Below, piece by piece: positions 9,511 to 17,826 of a stretch of DNA of 32,000 bases. Within the stretch, counting starts at the first letter, position 1. Each line of letters begins with the position of its first letter. The translations under genes were made by a program, and so were the position numbers. This DNA comes from Nitrosococcus oceani ATCC 19707. GTDB lineage: Bacteria > Pseudomonadota > Gammaproteobacteria > Nitrosococcales > Nitrosococcaceae. The notes beneath the pieces are model-generated. The model was given only the letters and a program-made list of their open reading frames with translations, was not told where the DNA came from and did not search any database. The stretch covers positions 1,320,001 through 1,352,000 of the forward strand of contig NC_007484.1 of NCBI RefSeq assembly GCF_000012805.1, given 5' to 3'.

Positions 9511-11623
9511 AAAACCCTGCTCTCTTGAGAGTCGGGGTAACCCCAACCCCCTAGCTTTAGATACTCCAGTCACCGCGCTCAAGGGCGTGGGCCCTAGCCT
9601 AGCTAATCGGTTAGCTAGGCTAGGGCTTTGTAAAGTCCAGGATTTGCTCTTTCATCTCCCTCAGCGTTACCAGGACCGTACCCGGGTAGCCCCCATTGGC
9701 ACTTTACAAAAAGGCAGGGAGGCATTGATCGAGGGGGAAATTCAGTTGTGTGAACTTCGTCCAGGACGCCGCCGGTCCTTGCTCTGTTCTTTAAGTGATG
9801 GAACAGGACAGATCTTTCTGCGTTTTTTCCATTTCTCGGCCTGGCAGCAAAACTCATTAACCCCGGGAGCGCGGGTATGCTGCTTTGGTGAACTACGCCA
9901 GGGCGCCGCGGGTCTAGAGATGGTTCATCCCGACTATCGCTGCCTCCCGGAGGATAGGCCAACCGTCACTGAGACCTATCTGACCCCTGTCTATCCTGCT
10001 ACAGAAGGGTTACGCCAATCCAGTTTGAGGGATCTTATCCAAGGAGTGTTTAAAGATCTGGGCGAGGAGGGAATCATTGATTATTTACCGTCAGGGCTTC
10101 TAGAAGGGGTTGGTTTGCCGACGCTGAACGAGGCGCTTATTTATCTCCATCAGCCGCCGCCCGATGCTCCCTTAAATTTGCTTGCCGAGGGGAAACACCC
10201 TGCACAACAGCGGCTGGCTTTTGAAGAATTGCTGGCGCACCATTTGAGTCTACGGCAATTGCATTTACGGGCCTCCCGCCTCCAGGCGCCCCTTCTCTCC
10301 AGCGAAGGGCAGTTGCAACAACGCTTTTTGGCTACACTTCCCTTTCCGTTGACGGCGGCCCAGAGCCAGGTCGTCCAGGAAATCCTGGCGGATATGGCCC
10401 AGGAATCGCCCATGCAGCGCCTACTTCAGGGCGATGTGGGTTCCGGTAAAACGGTAGTAGCCGCCCTGGCTATTTTGCAGGCGGTTGAGGCTGGATACCA
10501 AGCGGTGCTGATGGCCCCCACCGAATTACTGGCGGAGCAGCATCTACGCGTCTTACAAGGCTGGTTTTGTCCTTTTGAGATTAGGGTGGAATGGCTGACT
10601 GCGAAAAGGACTACAAAAGCCCGGCGGGAAAGTTTGGAACGGCTCGAAGGGGGAGAAACACCCGTTGCGGTGGGTACCCACGCGCTATTCCAGGAGGGTG
10701 TCAACTTTCATAAGTTAGGCTTAGTGGTGGTTGATGAACAACACCGTTTTGGCGTTGAGCAGCGTTTGGCGCTGCGGGAGAAGGGGCGCTATGGTAATTG
10801 CTGCCCTCATCAATTGATTATGACTGCCACGCCTATCCCCCGTACCTTGGCCATGACGGCCTATGCTGATCTGGACACTTCGGTGATTGACCAATTACCC
10901 CCTGGACGTATTCCCGTTGCTACCGCGGTAGCCTCAGATCGCCGCCGCGACGAGGTGGTGGCCAGGGTGCGCCGGGCCTGCAGGGAAGGGAGACAAGCTT
11001 ATTGGGTTTGTACCCTGATTGAGGAATCCGATAGTTTACAGGCGCAGGCTGCGGAGGAATCGGCGGCGGAGCTTGCTGAGGCACTGCCTGAATTATGCAT
11101 TGGACTTATTCATGGCAGGATGAAGACGCAGGAGAAAGAGCGCGCCATGGCTGCCTTTAAATCAGGCGATTTTCATCTTTTGGTAGCGACTACGGTAATT
11201 GAGGTGGGGGTGGATGTCCCGAACGCCAGTTTGATGATCATCGAGAATGCCGAGCGCCTGGGGCTTTCTCAACTGCACCAGCTGCGGGGGCGGGTTGGCC
11301 GCGGTGCGGCGGATAGCTATTGTGTACTGTTGTATCATGGGCCGTTATCCGAGCTGAGCCGGGCGCGGTTAGCTTGCTTGCGGGCCACTAACGATGGCTT
11401 TGAGATTGCACGCCGCGATCTTGAGCTTCGCGGTCCTGGCGAGGTACTAGGAACCCGCCAAACGGGTTTGCCCCAATATCGGGTGGCTAATCTTATGCGG
11501 GACCAGGAGCTATTGGTAAGTGTGGGGCAGGTAGCAGACCGATTTCAGCAGCGCTATCCTGCGCAAGTAGCTTCCTTAATCCGCCGTTGGCTGGGGGAAG
11601 AAAGCCGGTATGGGGAAGTGTAG
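9485..11623 (+). CDS. recG: ATP-dependent DNA helicase RecG
   Basis: Wedge region [30 protein letters not shown]. Helicase motif I GDVGSGKT and motif [14 protein letters not shown]-like C-terminus. The ORF-track start at 9434 is unlikely. The ATG at 9485 overlaps the ridA 3' end by 26 nt; 9491 and 9500 (TTG) are alternatives. Confidence 0.9.
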   Translation: MPLSILTSEKPCSLESRGNPNPLALDTPVTALKGVGPSLANRLARLGLCKVQDLLFHLPQRYQDRTRVAPIGTLQKGREALIEGEIQLCELRPGRRRSLLCSLSDGTGQIFLRFFHFSAWQQNSLTPGARVCCFGELRQGAAGLEMVHPDYRCLPEDRPTVTETYLTPVYPATEGLRQSSLRDLIQGVFKDLGEEGIIDYLPSGLLEGVGLPTLNEALIYLHQPPPDAPLNLLAEGKHPAQQRLAFEELLAHHLSLRQLHLRASRLQAPLLSSEGQLQQRFLATLPFPLTAAQSQVVQEILADMAQESPMQRLLQGDVGSGKTVVAALAILQAVEAGYQAVLMAPTELLAEQHLRVLQGWFCPFEIRVEWLTAKRTTKARRESLERLEGGETPVAVGTHALFQEGVNFHKLGLVVVDEQHRFGVEQRLALREKGRYGNCCPHQLIMTATPIPRTLAMTAYADLDTSVIDQLPPGRIPVATAVASDRRRDEVVARVRRACREGRQAYWVCTLIEESDSLQAQAAEESAAELAEALPELCIGLIHGRMKTQEKERAMAAFKSGDFHLLVATTVIEVGVDVPNASLMIIENAERLGLSQLHQLRGRVGRGAADSYCVLLYHGPLSELSRARLACLRATNDGFEIARRDLELRGPGEVLGTRQTGLPQYRVANLMRDQELLVSVGQVADRFQQRYPAQVASLIRRWLGEESRYGEV

Positions 11624-11660
11624 AAATCCTTAATTTTATTGTGTTCGATCATTTTCTATT

Positions 11661-12518
11661 ATGAAACAACGACTTATAATATATGCTCAATTAATGCGGT
11701 TGGATCGCCCTGTGGGTATCTTTTTATTGCTATGGCCCACCTTGTGGGCTTTGTGGATTGCCGGCGCAGGCCAACCCGATCCCAAAGTATTGCTGGTATT
11801 TGTGGCCGGCGTAGCGCTTATGCGTTCTGCGGGATGCGTTATCAACGATTTTGCCGATCGCGCTTTTGATCCCCATGTGAAGCGCACGATTAACCGCCCT
11901 TTGGCCACAGGTAAGGCAAGCTCCCAAGAGGCTTTGCTTCTATTCGCAGGACTATGCCTGGTAGCCTTTGGACTAGTTCTGCTGCTTAATCCGCTGACTA
12001 TAGGACTCTCTTTTGCTGGCGCTTTACTGGCCGCGACCTATCCTTTCATGAAGCGTTACACCCATTGGCCCCAGGCTTATCTGGGAGCTGCTTTTGGCTG
12101 GGCGGTGCCCATGGCTTTTGCGGCCCAGACAGGAACGGTGCCCATCGCGGCGTGGCTACTCTTTATTGCCACGGTATTGTGGGCGACGGTATATGACACT
12201 TTCTATGGCATGGTGGATCGAGAGGATGATCTACTCATCGGCGTTAAATCCACTGCTATCCTGTTTGGGGAGGGTGATCGGCTGGTGACTGCTCTTCTGC
12301 AAGGGGCGTTGCTGTTGCTCCTGTTCTGGATAGGATATCGGGAAGGATTAGGGTTTTATTATTATCTTGGCTTAGCGATTGCCGCAGGGTTTGCGGGCTA
12401 TCAGCAATATTTGCTTCGGAGTCGGGAACCGGCGCAATACTTCCGGGCATTTCTTAATAATAATGCTTTTGGAGCCGTTATATTCGGAGGAATCGCGCTT
12501 CATTATCTGACTGCGTAG
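11661..12518 (+). CDS. ubiA: 4-hydroxybenzoate polyprenyltransferase
   Basis: 285 aa, multi-TM. UbiA signatures [36 protein letters not shown] and [13 protein letters not shown]. Confidence 0.9.
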   Translation: MKQRLIIYAQLMRLDRPVGIFLLLWPTLWALWIAGAGQPDPKVLLVFVAGVALMRSAGCVINDFADRAFDPHVKRTINRPLATGKASSQEALLLFAGLCLVAFGLVLLLNPLTIGLSFAGALLAATYPFMKRYTHWPQAYLGAAFGWAVPMAFAAQTGTVPIAAWLLFIATVLWATVYDTFYGMVDREDDLLIGVKSTAILFGEGDRLVTALLQGALLLLLFWIGYREGLGFYYYLGLAIAAGFAGYQQYLLRSREPAQYFRAFLNNNAFGAVIFGGIALHYLTA

Positions 12519-12552
12519 CCAGTACGTACCTCCTTTCTACACAGGAGAAAAC

Positions 12553-13407
12553 ATGAATGCTCCGGCCAGGATGGTGGCTGCCGGTAAACTTTTATTGTTG
12601 GGAGTACTCGCTTTATTGGCGCTTGCCCCCTCCGAGGCAGGGGTATTTCGCTGGATAGACTCAGCAGGCCACACCCACTATAGCGATCGCCCCCAGCCGG
12701 GCGCCCAGGAATTAAAGCTTAATAAACTTGCGGCGCCCTATTACTATGTTCAGCGGGTATATGATGGAGATACCCTCCTGCTCAAGGGGGATATCCGGGT
12801 CAGGTTATTAGGGATCGATACACCAGAGATTGAGGGCCGTTACCGGCTGGAGCAAGCAGGGGGCAGCTCGGCCCGGGATTGGTTGCGTCAACGTATTGAG
12901 GGTCAGAAGGTACGGCTTGAATTCGACCAAGAGCGGCATGATCATTATCAACGCTTGTTAGCCCACGTCTTTACTGTAGGGGGGGAACACCTTAACCTTC
13001 TCTTGGTAGAGGAAGGTTTGGCTGTAGTCAGTATTTTTCCTCCTAATTTCAAGTATGGTACTCAATTGGCACGGGCCCAGGATCGCGCCGAAGCGGACCG
13101 ACGGGGGCTTTGGAGCATGCCAGATTATGTGCCCCAGCCGATTCTAGCGATCCCCCGGGAGGGATACCAGCGAGGTTGGCGGCGTTATCAAGGAACCCCG
13201 GTGGCGATCCGTTCAAGCCGCAAGTATGCACGCTTGGTTTTTAGTAAGCAGGTGGAGGTGCGTATTCCCCAAGCGCAATTAGATCTTTTCGGGAAGCTTG
13301 AGCGCTACCTGGAAAAACAACTGGAGGTTCGAGGATGGGTTTCCCGCCGCAAAGAAAATTATTCTATCCTGGTGCGTCATCCAAGCGGACTCAAGCTGCT
13401 TTTTTAA
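12553..13407 (+). CDS. Secreted thermonuclease (SNase) family protein with an N-terminal DUF4124-like motif and a C-terminal extension
   Basis: SD AGGAGA lies upstream. Signal peptide ..LLALAPSEA|GV. FRWIDSAGHTHYSDRP resembles DUF4124. The SNase core is VYDGDTLLL..RVRLLGIDTPE.. and ..LLVEEGLA. About 110 aa of extra C-terminal sequence is of unknown fold. Confidence 0.8.
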   Translation: MNAPARMVAAGKLLLLGVLALLALAPSEAGVFRWIDSAGHTHYSDRPQPGAQELKLNKLAAPYYYVQRVYDGDTLLLKGDIRVRLLGIDTPEIEGRYRLEQAGGSSARDWLRQRIEGQKVRLEFDQERHDHYQRLLAHVFTVGGEHLNLLLVEEGLAVVSIFPPNFKYGTQLARAQDRAEADRRGLWSMPDYVPQPILAIPREGYQRGWRRYQGTPVAIRSSRKYARLVFSKQVEVRIPQAQLDLFGKLERYLEKQLEVRGWVSRRKENYSILVRHPSGLKLLF

Positions 13408-13700
13408 ACCGTGGATATTTCGCTCAGCCTGCAAACCTATTCTGCCGTGATTTTGCCTACCTTAAACCACACACTTAATCCATCCTCGCGCTCGCAGCAA
13501 AATTTCATTCGTATTCTCACTTGAATAAATTTTTAGTCTTTTGCCGTATTAAATGATGTGAAATCCCGCATTTTAAATTACCTACCAGGACAGGTTTTTT
13601 ACAACCCTTTGTTATTTCTATAAAAATTAATCTGGCATGGATTGTGAAAGGCTTTATAGCAGCCAATGGTGGGAAATAGGCTAAAGGAGGCACATTAGTA

Positions 13701-13916
13701 ATGAGGAAACAAACTCGTTTTCGCTGTGCGGCACAAAGGGGATGGTATTTTGTCACGGGGGAAGGTGAGGTGGGATTTTTTGATACACGGCGAGAAGCAG
13801 AACGGGTGTATCTGCGCTATGCATCTGAAAAAGCCATGACCTATAAGAGAGAGCAAAAACCAGAGTGCAAAGAAACGAAACCCATTACCAACTCTATTAA
13901 ATTACAGGCTATATAG
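13701..13916 (+). CDS. Small hypothetical protein (71 aa)
   Basis: Strong SD AAAGGAGG (13683-13690) about 10 nt before the ATG. Its own rho-independent terminator lies downstream. The motif RGWYFVTGEGEVGFFDTRREAERVYLRY resembles a small conserved gammaproteobacterial family, which I recall only vaguely. Confidence 0.5.
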   Translation: MRKQTRFRCAAQRGWYFVTGEGEVGFFDTRREAERVYLRYASEKAMTYKREQKPECKETKPITNSIKLQAI

Positions 13917-13986
13917 CAAAATTTTACTCTTTGATTGACCCTCCTCTCCCTTAATTTGTTAGGGATAACAATTTTAATTTATGACT

Positions 13987-14016
13987 GCGGCACAAGGAAG
14001 TGCCGTTTATTTTTTT
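13987..14016 (+). terminator. Rho-independent terminator of the small ORF
   Basis: Stem CGGCAC (13988-13993), loop aaggaa, stem GTGCCG (14000-14005), followed by TTTATTTTTTT. Confidence 0.6.
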
Positions 14017-14077
14017 ACGGGAATACTCAATTTGATTGGCGCGCAGGTAGCTTTAATTACAGAAATGCTAAAATCAA

Positions 14078-14122
14078 AAAGTCATAAAAAGAGGCCATGG
14101 GCATCTCCTGCCTCTGGCCTCT
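14078..14122 (-). terminator. Rho-independent terminator of the FKBP gene
   Basis: On the - strand: AGAGGCCA-ga-GGCA-ggaga-TGCC-ca-TGGCCTCT, followed by TTTTATGACTTT. It starts about 10 nt after the stop codon at 14133. It is convergent with the + strand terminator at 13987-14016. Confidence 0.7.
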
Positions 14123-14132
14123 TGCTGGAACA

Positions 14133-14810
14133 TTATTTAATTTCGAGCAGTTCAATATCAAAAATGAGCGTTTCATTGGGACCGATGAGACGGCCAGCGC
14201 CCCGCTCGCCATAGGCAAGGTCGGAAGGGATGAAGACTTTCCACTTAGAACCCACGGGCATTAACTGCAGCGCCTGTTGCCAACCTTCAATAACGCCATT
14301 GACCTTAAAGGTAACCGGTTCCCCTCGTTCATAGGAACTGTCGAATACCGTGCCATCCACCAGGGTGCCCCGGTAGTTGACTACGACGGTATCCTCGGCA
14401 GCGGGTTTTTCGCCTTCGCCTTGCTCAAGAATGCGATATTGCAGCCCGTTGGGAAGCTCGACCACTCCTTCCTTTTCTTTGTTGGTTTTTAGAAAATCTT
14501 TTCCTGTAGCTTTATTTTTCTCTCCACTTTCGGCTCTCTTTTGCTGCTCTTGTTGTTGTATGGCGTTCATTGCCGCCTTGGCTTGTTCCGGGGAAAGGCG
14601 CGAGGGGGCTTGTTGCAACGCATCTTCAAGGGCAAGCATAAATGCCTGCTTATCCAGTTCTATTCGTTGCTGCTGCATATTTTGGCCAAATTGATACCCG
14701 ATAAGGTAACTCAGTTTCTGGGCATCTGTTTCGAGCTCCTCCGCAGTGGTGGTTCCTCCAAGGAGGGCTAGGGTGAAGCTAGCAATTAGAAACATGGCTC
14801 CTTTAGGCAT
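14133..14810 (-). CDS. Periplasmic FKBP-type peptidyl-prolyl cis-trans isomerase (Mip/FkpA-like)
   Basis: 225 aa. Signal peptide MPKGAMFLIASFTLALLGGTTTA. N-terminal dimerisation helix region (KLSYLIGYQFGQNM). FKBP core GLQYRILEQGEGEKP..VVVNYRGTLVDGTVFDSS..VIEGWQQALQLMPVGSKW..IPSDLAYGERG. SD AAGGA lies 8 nt upstream. Confidence 0.9.
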   Translation of the reverse strand: MPKGAMFLIASFTLALLGGTTTAEELETDAQKLSYLIGYQFGQNMQQQRIELDKQAFMLALEDALQQAPSRLSPEQAKAAMNAIQQQEQQKRAESGEKNKATGKDFLKTNKEKEGVVELPNGLQYRILEQGEGEKPAAEDTVVVNYRGTLVDGTVFDSSYERGEPVTFKVNGVIEGWQQALQLMPVGSKWKVFIPSDLAYGERGAGRLIGPNETLIFDIELLEIK

Positions 14811-15162
14811 ATGTGTTTTCCTTAAATTTTAATGGGGATTGGTAAGATGGCCCTATAACTACATTTTAAAGGACCAGGATAGCCTTCGCCTGAAGGCAAA
14901 AAACTTATCATGATCCCATAAGGCTAAATTATAGTTCAAGATGGCGACGTTACTATCTCATGATAATAGACTTTGGTGATGCTCCCTTTCCACCCCAACG
15001 CCAGAAGTGGTGGCTACGATCCGTCCTTTTGCCATCTATGCCTCATTCTGGAGCCGCTGCGCAACTACTTCATATCATCTCTAGCGGGATGGTGAGAGAA
15101 GCCGGCGAAGGCAGTTTTCATTCTTATAAACAATAGCTAGAAAAATCAATTTTTTATTTATA

Positions 15163-15213
15163 AAAATACGGCAAATGCCGTATTTTAGGATAAGAGTTAT
15201 GGCATTTACCGTA
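15163..15213. promoter_or_regulatory. Pair of related palindromic sites (candidate operator or upstream activator sites)
   Basis: Site 1: AAAATACGGCA-aa-TGCCGTATTTT, perfect 11-bp arms (15163-15186). Site 2 (15199-15213), read on the bottom strand, is TACGGTAAATGCCAT, a 13/15 match to the site 1 core TACGGCAAATGCCGT. The centres are about 31-32 bp apart, roughly three helical turns. The sites lie in the AT-rich leader between the divergent FKBP gene and the YcnI-like gene. Confidence 0.35.
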
Positions 15214-15274
15214 ATTATCCTTATCTCCTGTGAGTCATTTTTATAAGCGATTGTATTTAAATTAAAAATTTTTG

Positions 15275-15289
15275 TGGAATAGTTTTTGC
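15275..15289 (+). promoter_or_regulatory. Candidate sigma54 (-24/-12) promoter element
   Basis: TGGAATAGTTTTTGC has the GG-N10-GC spacing and the TTGC -12 box of the consensus TGGCAC-N5-TTGC. The -24 box is degenerate (TGGAAT). It lies about 60-110 bp downstream of the palindromes and about 195 nt upstream of the GTG at 15485. Confidence 0.25.
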
Positions 15290-15484
15290 CTTACTTTAAT
15301 TAAGCGTGACCAAGGATAGCACCAGTTATGCGCTATTTAAATTTTATTTCCTCTTATTTCTTTATAGGAAAGGTAAATTAAGCTATCGTCATTCCCATGA
15401 ACGAAGAGATGCCTATAAGTGTCTAATTTTTTAGAAAATATAGATATTATTTATAGCGTCGAATATGACATAAGGAGATTATTT

Positions 15485-16219
15485 GTGACCCAAAAAACGC
15501 CTCTTTTTTCCCTGCTGTTTGCTTTATGGGGCGCGAGTTCCCTAGTGCTAGCCCATACCGTCATTACGGATCAGGCGACCGAAGGAACCAGCCTGTATAC
15601 GGGTTTTAATATTACCCATGGCTGTGGCTTTGAGGACAAACCTTCTCTTCCGGTCATTGCCCAGTCGGTAGTTTTTCCCAATGGGCCTAATGCTATTGTC
15701 ACCCGTCTGGATACCGAGGAAGCCATTGATTTAGGAGATGTACTCGTTGGCGGCGCCCACGCGGCTACCTTGATTAACCCGGCCATCATTCAAAACCGCG
15801 ATGTTTTTGATATAAATGAATCTATATCGGATGAAACGGGTGTGGTGAGGGGTGTTCATTATACCGAGGGTGGATTGCCCCCTGAGCTCGATGCCGTGCT
15901 GCCTTTCCGTGTTTCGGGGGTCACCTTTGTGGAAGAGTCCTGCGCCACCAAGGTAAGAGCGCGTATTGGGATAGCTAACTGGTGCCATCACCGGCCCGGT
16001 GCTCGTCGGGCTGACGTGTGGATAGGGCGGCTGACTCCGGTGTTTAATGACGAGCGAGTGGTTTCTATCGGCTTTTGGCCTGTTCTGACCTTTAATAGGG
16101 ACCTCGCTAGCAACCCCTTGCCAGCAGACTGTGGCGAAGGTTATGAGGTAGCCGTGGAACCTTCGGATGAGAGTATTGACCAATATTTACCGGTGCCCGA
16201 CTTTATTCCTGGCGTCTAG
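15485..16219 (+). CDS. Secreted YcnI/DUF1775-like protein with predicted N-terminal His (candidate copper-binding protein)
   Basis: GTG at 15485 is preceded by SD AAGGAG (15472-15477), so I prefer it to the ORF-track start at 15419. The signal peptide ..SLVLA|HTVITDQATEGTSLYTGFNITHGCG places His at mature position 1. An HGC motif follows about 21 residues later, as I recall for proteobacterial DUF1775 proteins. Four Cys in total. Confidence 0.6.
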   Translation: MTQKTPLFSLLFALWGASSLVLAHTVITDQATEGTSLYTGFNITHGCGFEDKPSLPVIAQSVVFPNGPNAIVTRLDTEEAIDLGDVLVGGAHAATLINPAIIQNRDVFDINESISDETGVVRGVHYTEGGLPPELDAVLPFRVSGVTFVEESCATKVRARIGIANWCHHRPGARRADVWIGRLTPVFNDERVVSIGFWPVLTFNRDLASNPLPADCGEGYEVAVEPSDESIDQYLPVPDFIPGV

Positions 16220-16253
16220 GCGAGGAAACGGTTTGTGATAAAATGCAAGCTAG

Positions 16254-16279
16254 CACGAGGCGCTGTTAAGCGCCTCGTG
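16254..16279 (+). promoter_or_regulatory. Perfect 10-bp GC-rich intercistronic stem-loop (no U tract)
   Basis: CACGAGGCGC-tgttaa-GCGCCTCGTG, located between the YcnI-like gene stop (16219) and the next start (16320). It is followed by AGCAACTTC, so it is not a canonical intrinsic terminator. Confidence 0.4.
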
Positions 16280-16319
16280 AGCAACTTCAGATGAGCTTGT
16301 CGGACAATCTGGAAACACC

Positions 16320-17207
16320 ATGAGGATGGCGGTGATTTTCCGTGGATTTCTTCTTTTAGCAGCGCTCCTTTCTGGCCATGCATGGGCCTATGGGGAAGAG
16401 TCTTTTTCTGGCTCTGACCGCAAAAAAATTGAAGAGAATCCCGCGAATAATGGCGCTCTCCATCTGGAGGTAAAGCAAGCGCCGCTGGCGCAAATTTTTA
16501 AGATCATTGAAGATCAATCTGGCGTTCAGCTCCATATTTCTTCTCTCTCTCAAAGAAGGGTAACAGCCACTTGCGCGGGCACCGCCCTAGAAGTGTTAAA
16601 ATGCATCCTGGGCAAAGAAGCTAATCTTGTTTATCGGTACGAAGATAAACCTTCTGACAAGAATTCAAAGCCTTTGCTTAGGGAAGTATGGGTGCTCAAT
16701 TCGGCTTCAGGCGAACCGCGCTCGTTGAGGCATAACCCTGATCAAGCTGTCTGCGAAGCCACGGAAAATTTTCCGGATGGACAACATGGACAACAGCCCC
16801 TAGTGGGAGAGGAACAACAGGCGTTTTTCCATTTGGAGCCGGAGGAGATGGAAAGGCTTATGGACCTTTCCCAGTCATCTGATCCAAAGTGGCGGAAAGA
16901 AGCCTTGTCCCGCCTTGCCTTGGTAGCAGAGGACGAGGACGATGGCGGTGTCAGAAAAGTTTTAACGGAGGCATTGCAAGACCCGAGTCCAGCTGTTAGG
17001 GCGCAGGCCATTTTCGGGCTAACCCGGCGGGATGATCCAGAGAGGGAATCGGTGCTACGAGAAGCCTTGCATGACAGCGAGGTGGAGGTGCGATTGATGG
17101 CGGTGAGCAATGCTGGAGAAGATAGGGCTTTACTTGAGATGGCGCTTCATGATGAGGACAGGGTCGTGCGCGATTTAGCTCGCATGAAGCTCGGGAAAAT
17201 AGAATAG
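16320..17207 (+). CDS. Exported protein with an STN-like N-domain and C-terminal HEAT (PBS-lyase type) repeats
   Basis: Signal peptide ..LLSGHAWA|YG. LHLEVKQAPLAQIFKIIEDQSGVQLHIS..ALEVLKCIL resembles the secretin/TonB short N-terminal (STN) domain. Repeats DPSPAVRAQAIFGL.., HDSEVEVRLMAV.., HDEDRVVRDLA are HEAT-like. Confidence 0.7.
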   Translation: MRMAVIFRGFLLLAALLSGHAWAYGEESFSGSDRKKIEENPANNGALHLEVKQAPLAQIFKIIEDQSGVQLHISSLSQRRVTATCAGTALEVLKCILGKEANLVYRYEDKPSDKNSKPLLREVWVLNSASGEPRSLRHNPDQAVCEATENFPDGQHGQQPLVGEEQQAFFHLEPEEMERLMDLSQSSDPKWRKEALSRLALVAEDEDDGGVRKVLTEALQDPSPAVRAQAIFGLTRRDDPERESVLREALHDSEVEVRLMAVSNAGEDRALLEMALHDEDRVVRDLARMKLGKIE

Positions 17208-17226
17208 CACGAGGAGAGGAAAGTCT

Positions 17227-17694
17227 ATGAAAATTGCAGCCTTAAAAAATCAATGGATTATGGTATTGATGATCGCTGGGTTGGGACTCAGCGTTAAAGC
17301 GACGGCCCATGATCAAATCGGCACCTTGGGTGTTGAAGGCAATGCTACCGATTATTATCAGATTATCTGCTCTACGGATGCGGGCGGGGTATCTGATTTT
17401 CTTGAGGTCCAAATATATGATGCCACCGTGGAGCAGGGTGGTGGTAAAATGAGCGCGGTAATACTAAGAGAACCGGTTGCCAGTACGGCCTCTGATCCCG
17501 TTAGGGCGGATGAGTTTTTTAACCACGATAAAAATCCTGGCCCCCCGGCTTTTGTTGGAGGAGGCGATGGAGTTTATAAGGTTATGGTACATAAACTCAA
17601 AAATGGTCCCAAAAATTATCTTCTGTCGTATCATTGCAAAAGCAGCGTTGGTCTTCATACGGGCACGTCCATTCTCCTTTTGCAAGATCAGTAA
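17227..17694 (+). CDS. Small secreted protein of unknown family; predicted mature N-terminus is His
   Basis: SD GGAGAGGAAAG lies upstream. Signal peptide ..GLGLSVKATA|HDQIGTLG. The mature protein is about 128 aa with two Cys (IICSTD, YHCKSS). I recognise no family. Confidence 0.65.
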   Translation: MKIAALKNQWIMVLMIAGLGLSVKATAHDQIGTLGVEGNATDYYQIICSTDAGGVSDFLEVQIYDATVEQGGGKMSAVILREPVASTASDPVRADEFFNHDKNPGPPAFVGGGDGVYKVMVHKLKNGPKNYLLSYHCKSSVGLHTGTSILLLQDQ

Positions 17695-17826
17695 TCGCGC
17701 CCGTTTTATTTTTTCGATAGTCTCCCTAAAAGTCTCCCAGGGTTTCTTCCGAGGAAAGTCCTGGGGGGCATCATGGGTATTTAATTCTGGTAGGATAACG
17801 CCCGCTTATTTAAAGTACACAAGGCC

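Noticed and set aside
13517-13756. 79-aa - strand ORF in the AT-rich leader
   Set aside because: It overlaps the SD and start of the better-supported small + strand ORF. It has low-complexity, AT-driven codons and no SD.
13981-14214. 77-aa + strand ORF in the convergent intergenic region
   Set aside because: It spans both rho-independent terminators and runs into the 3' end of the - strand FKBP gene. It has no SD.
14881-14896. Hairpin GCCTTC-gcct-GAAGGC followed by an A run
   Set aside because: The A or T run is on the wrong side for a terminator on either strand. It lies in the FKBP 5' leader or promoter region and has no evident function.
14955-14975. Fur-box-like ATGATAAT core upstream of the FKBP gene
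   Set aside because: Only the central 8-mer matches the 19-bp Fur consensus; the flanks do not. This is expected by chance in AT-rich DNA.
17659-17716. Terminator-like T tract (TTTTATTTTTT) after the 155-aa gene
   Set aside because: The only pairing preceding it is a 6-bp stem (ACGGGC/GCCCGT) that encloses a 34-nt loop. This is not a convincing intrinsic terminator, although some read-through attenuation cannot be excluded.
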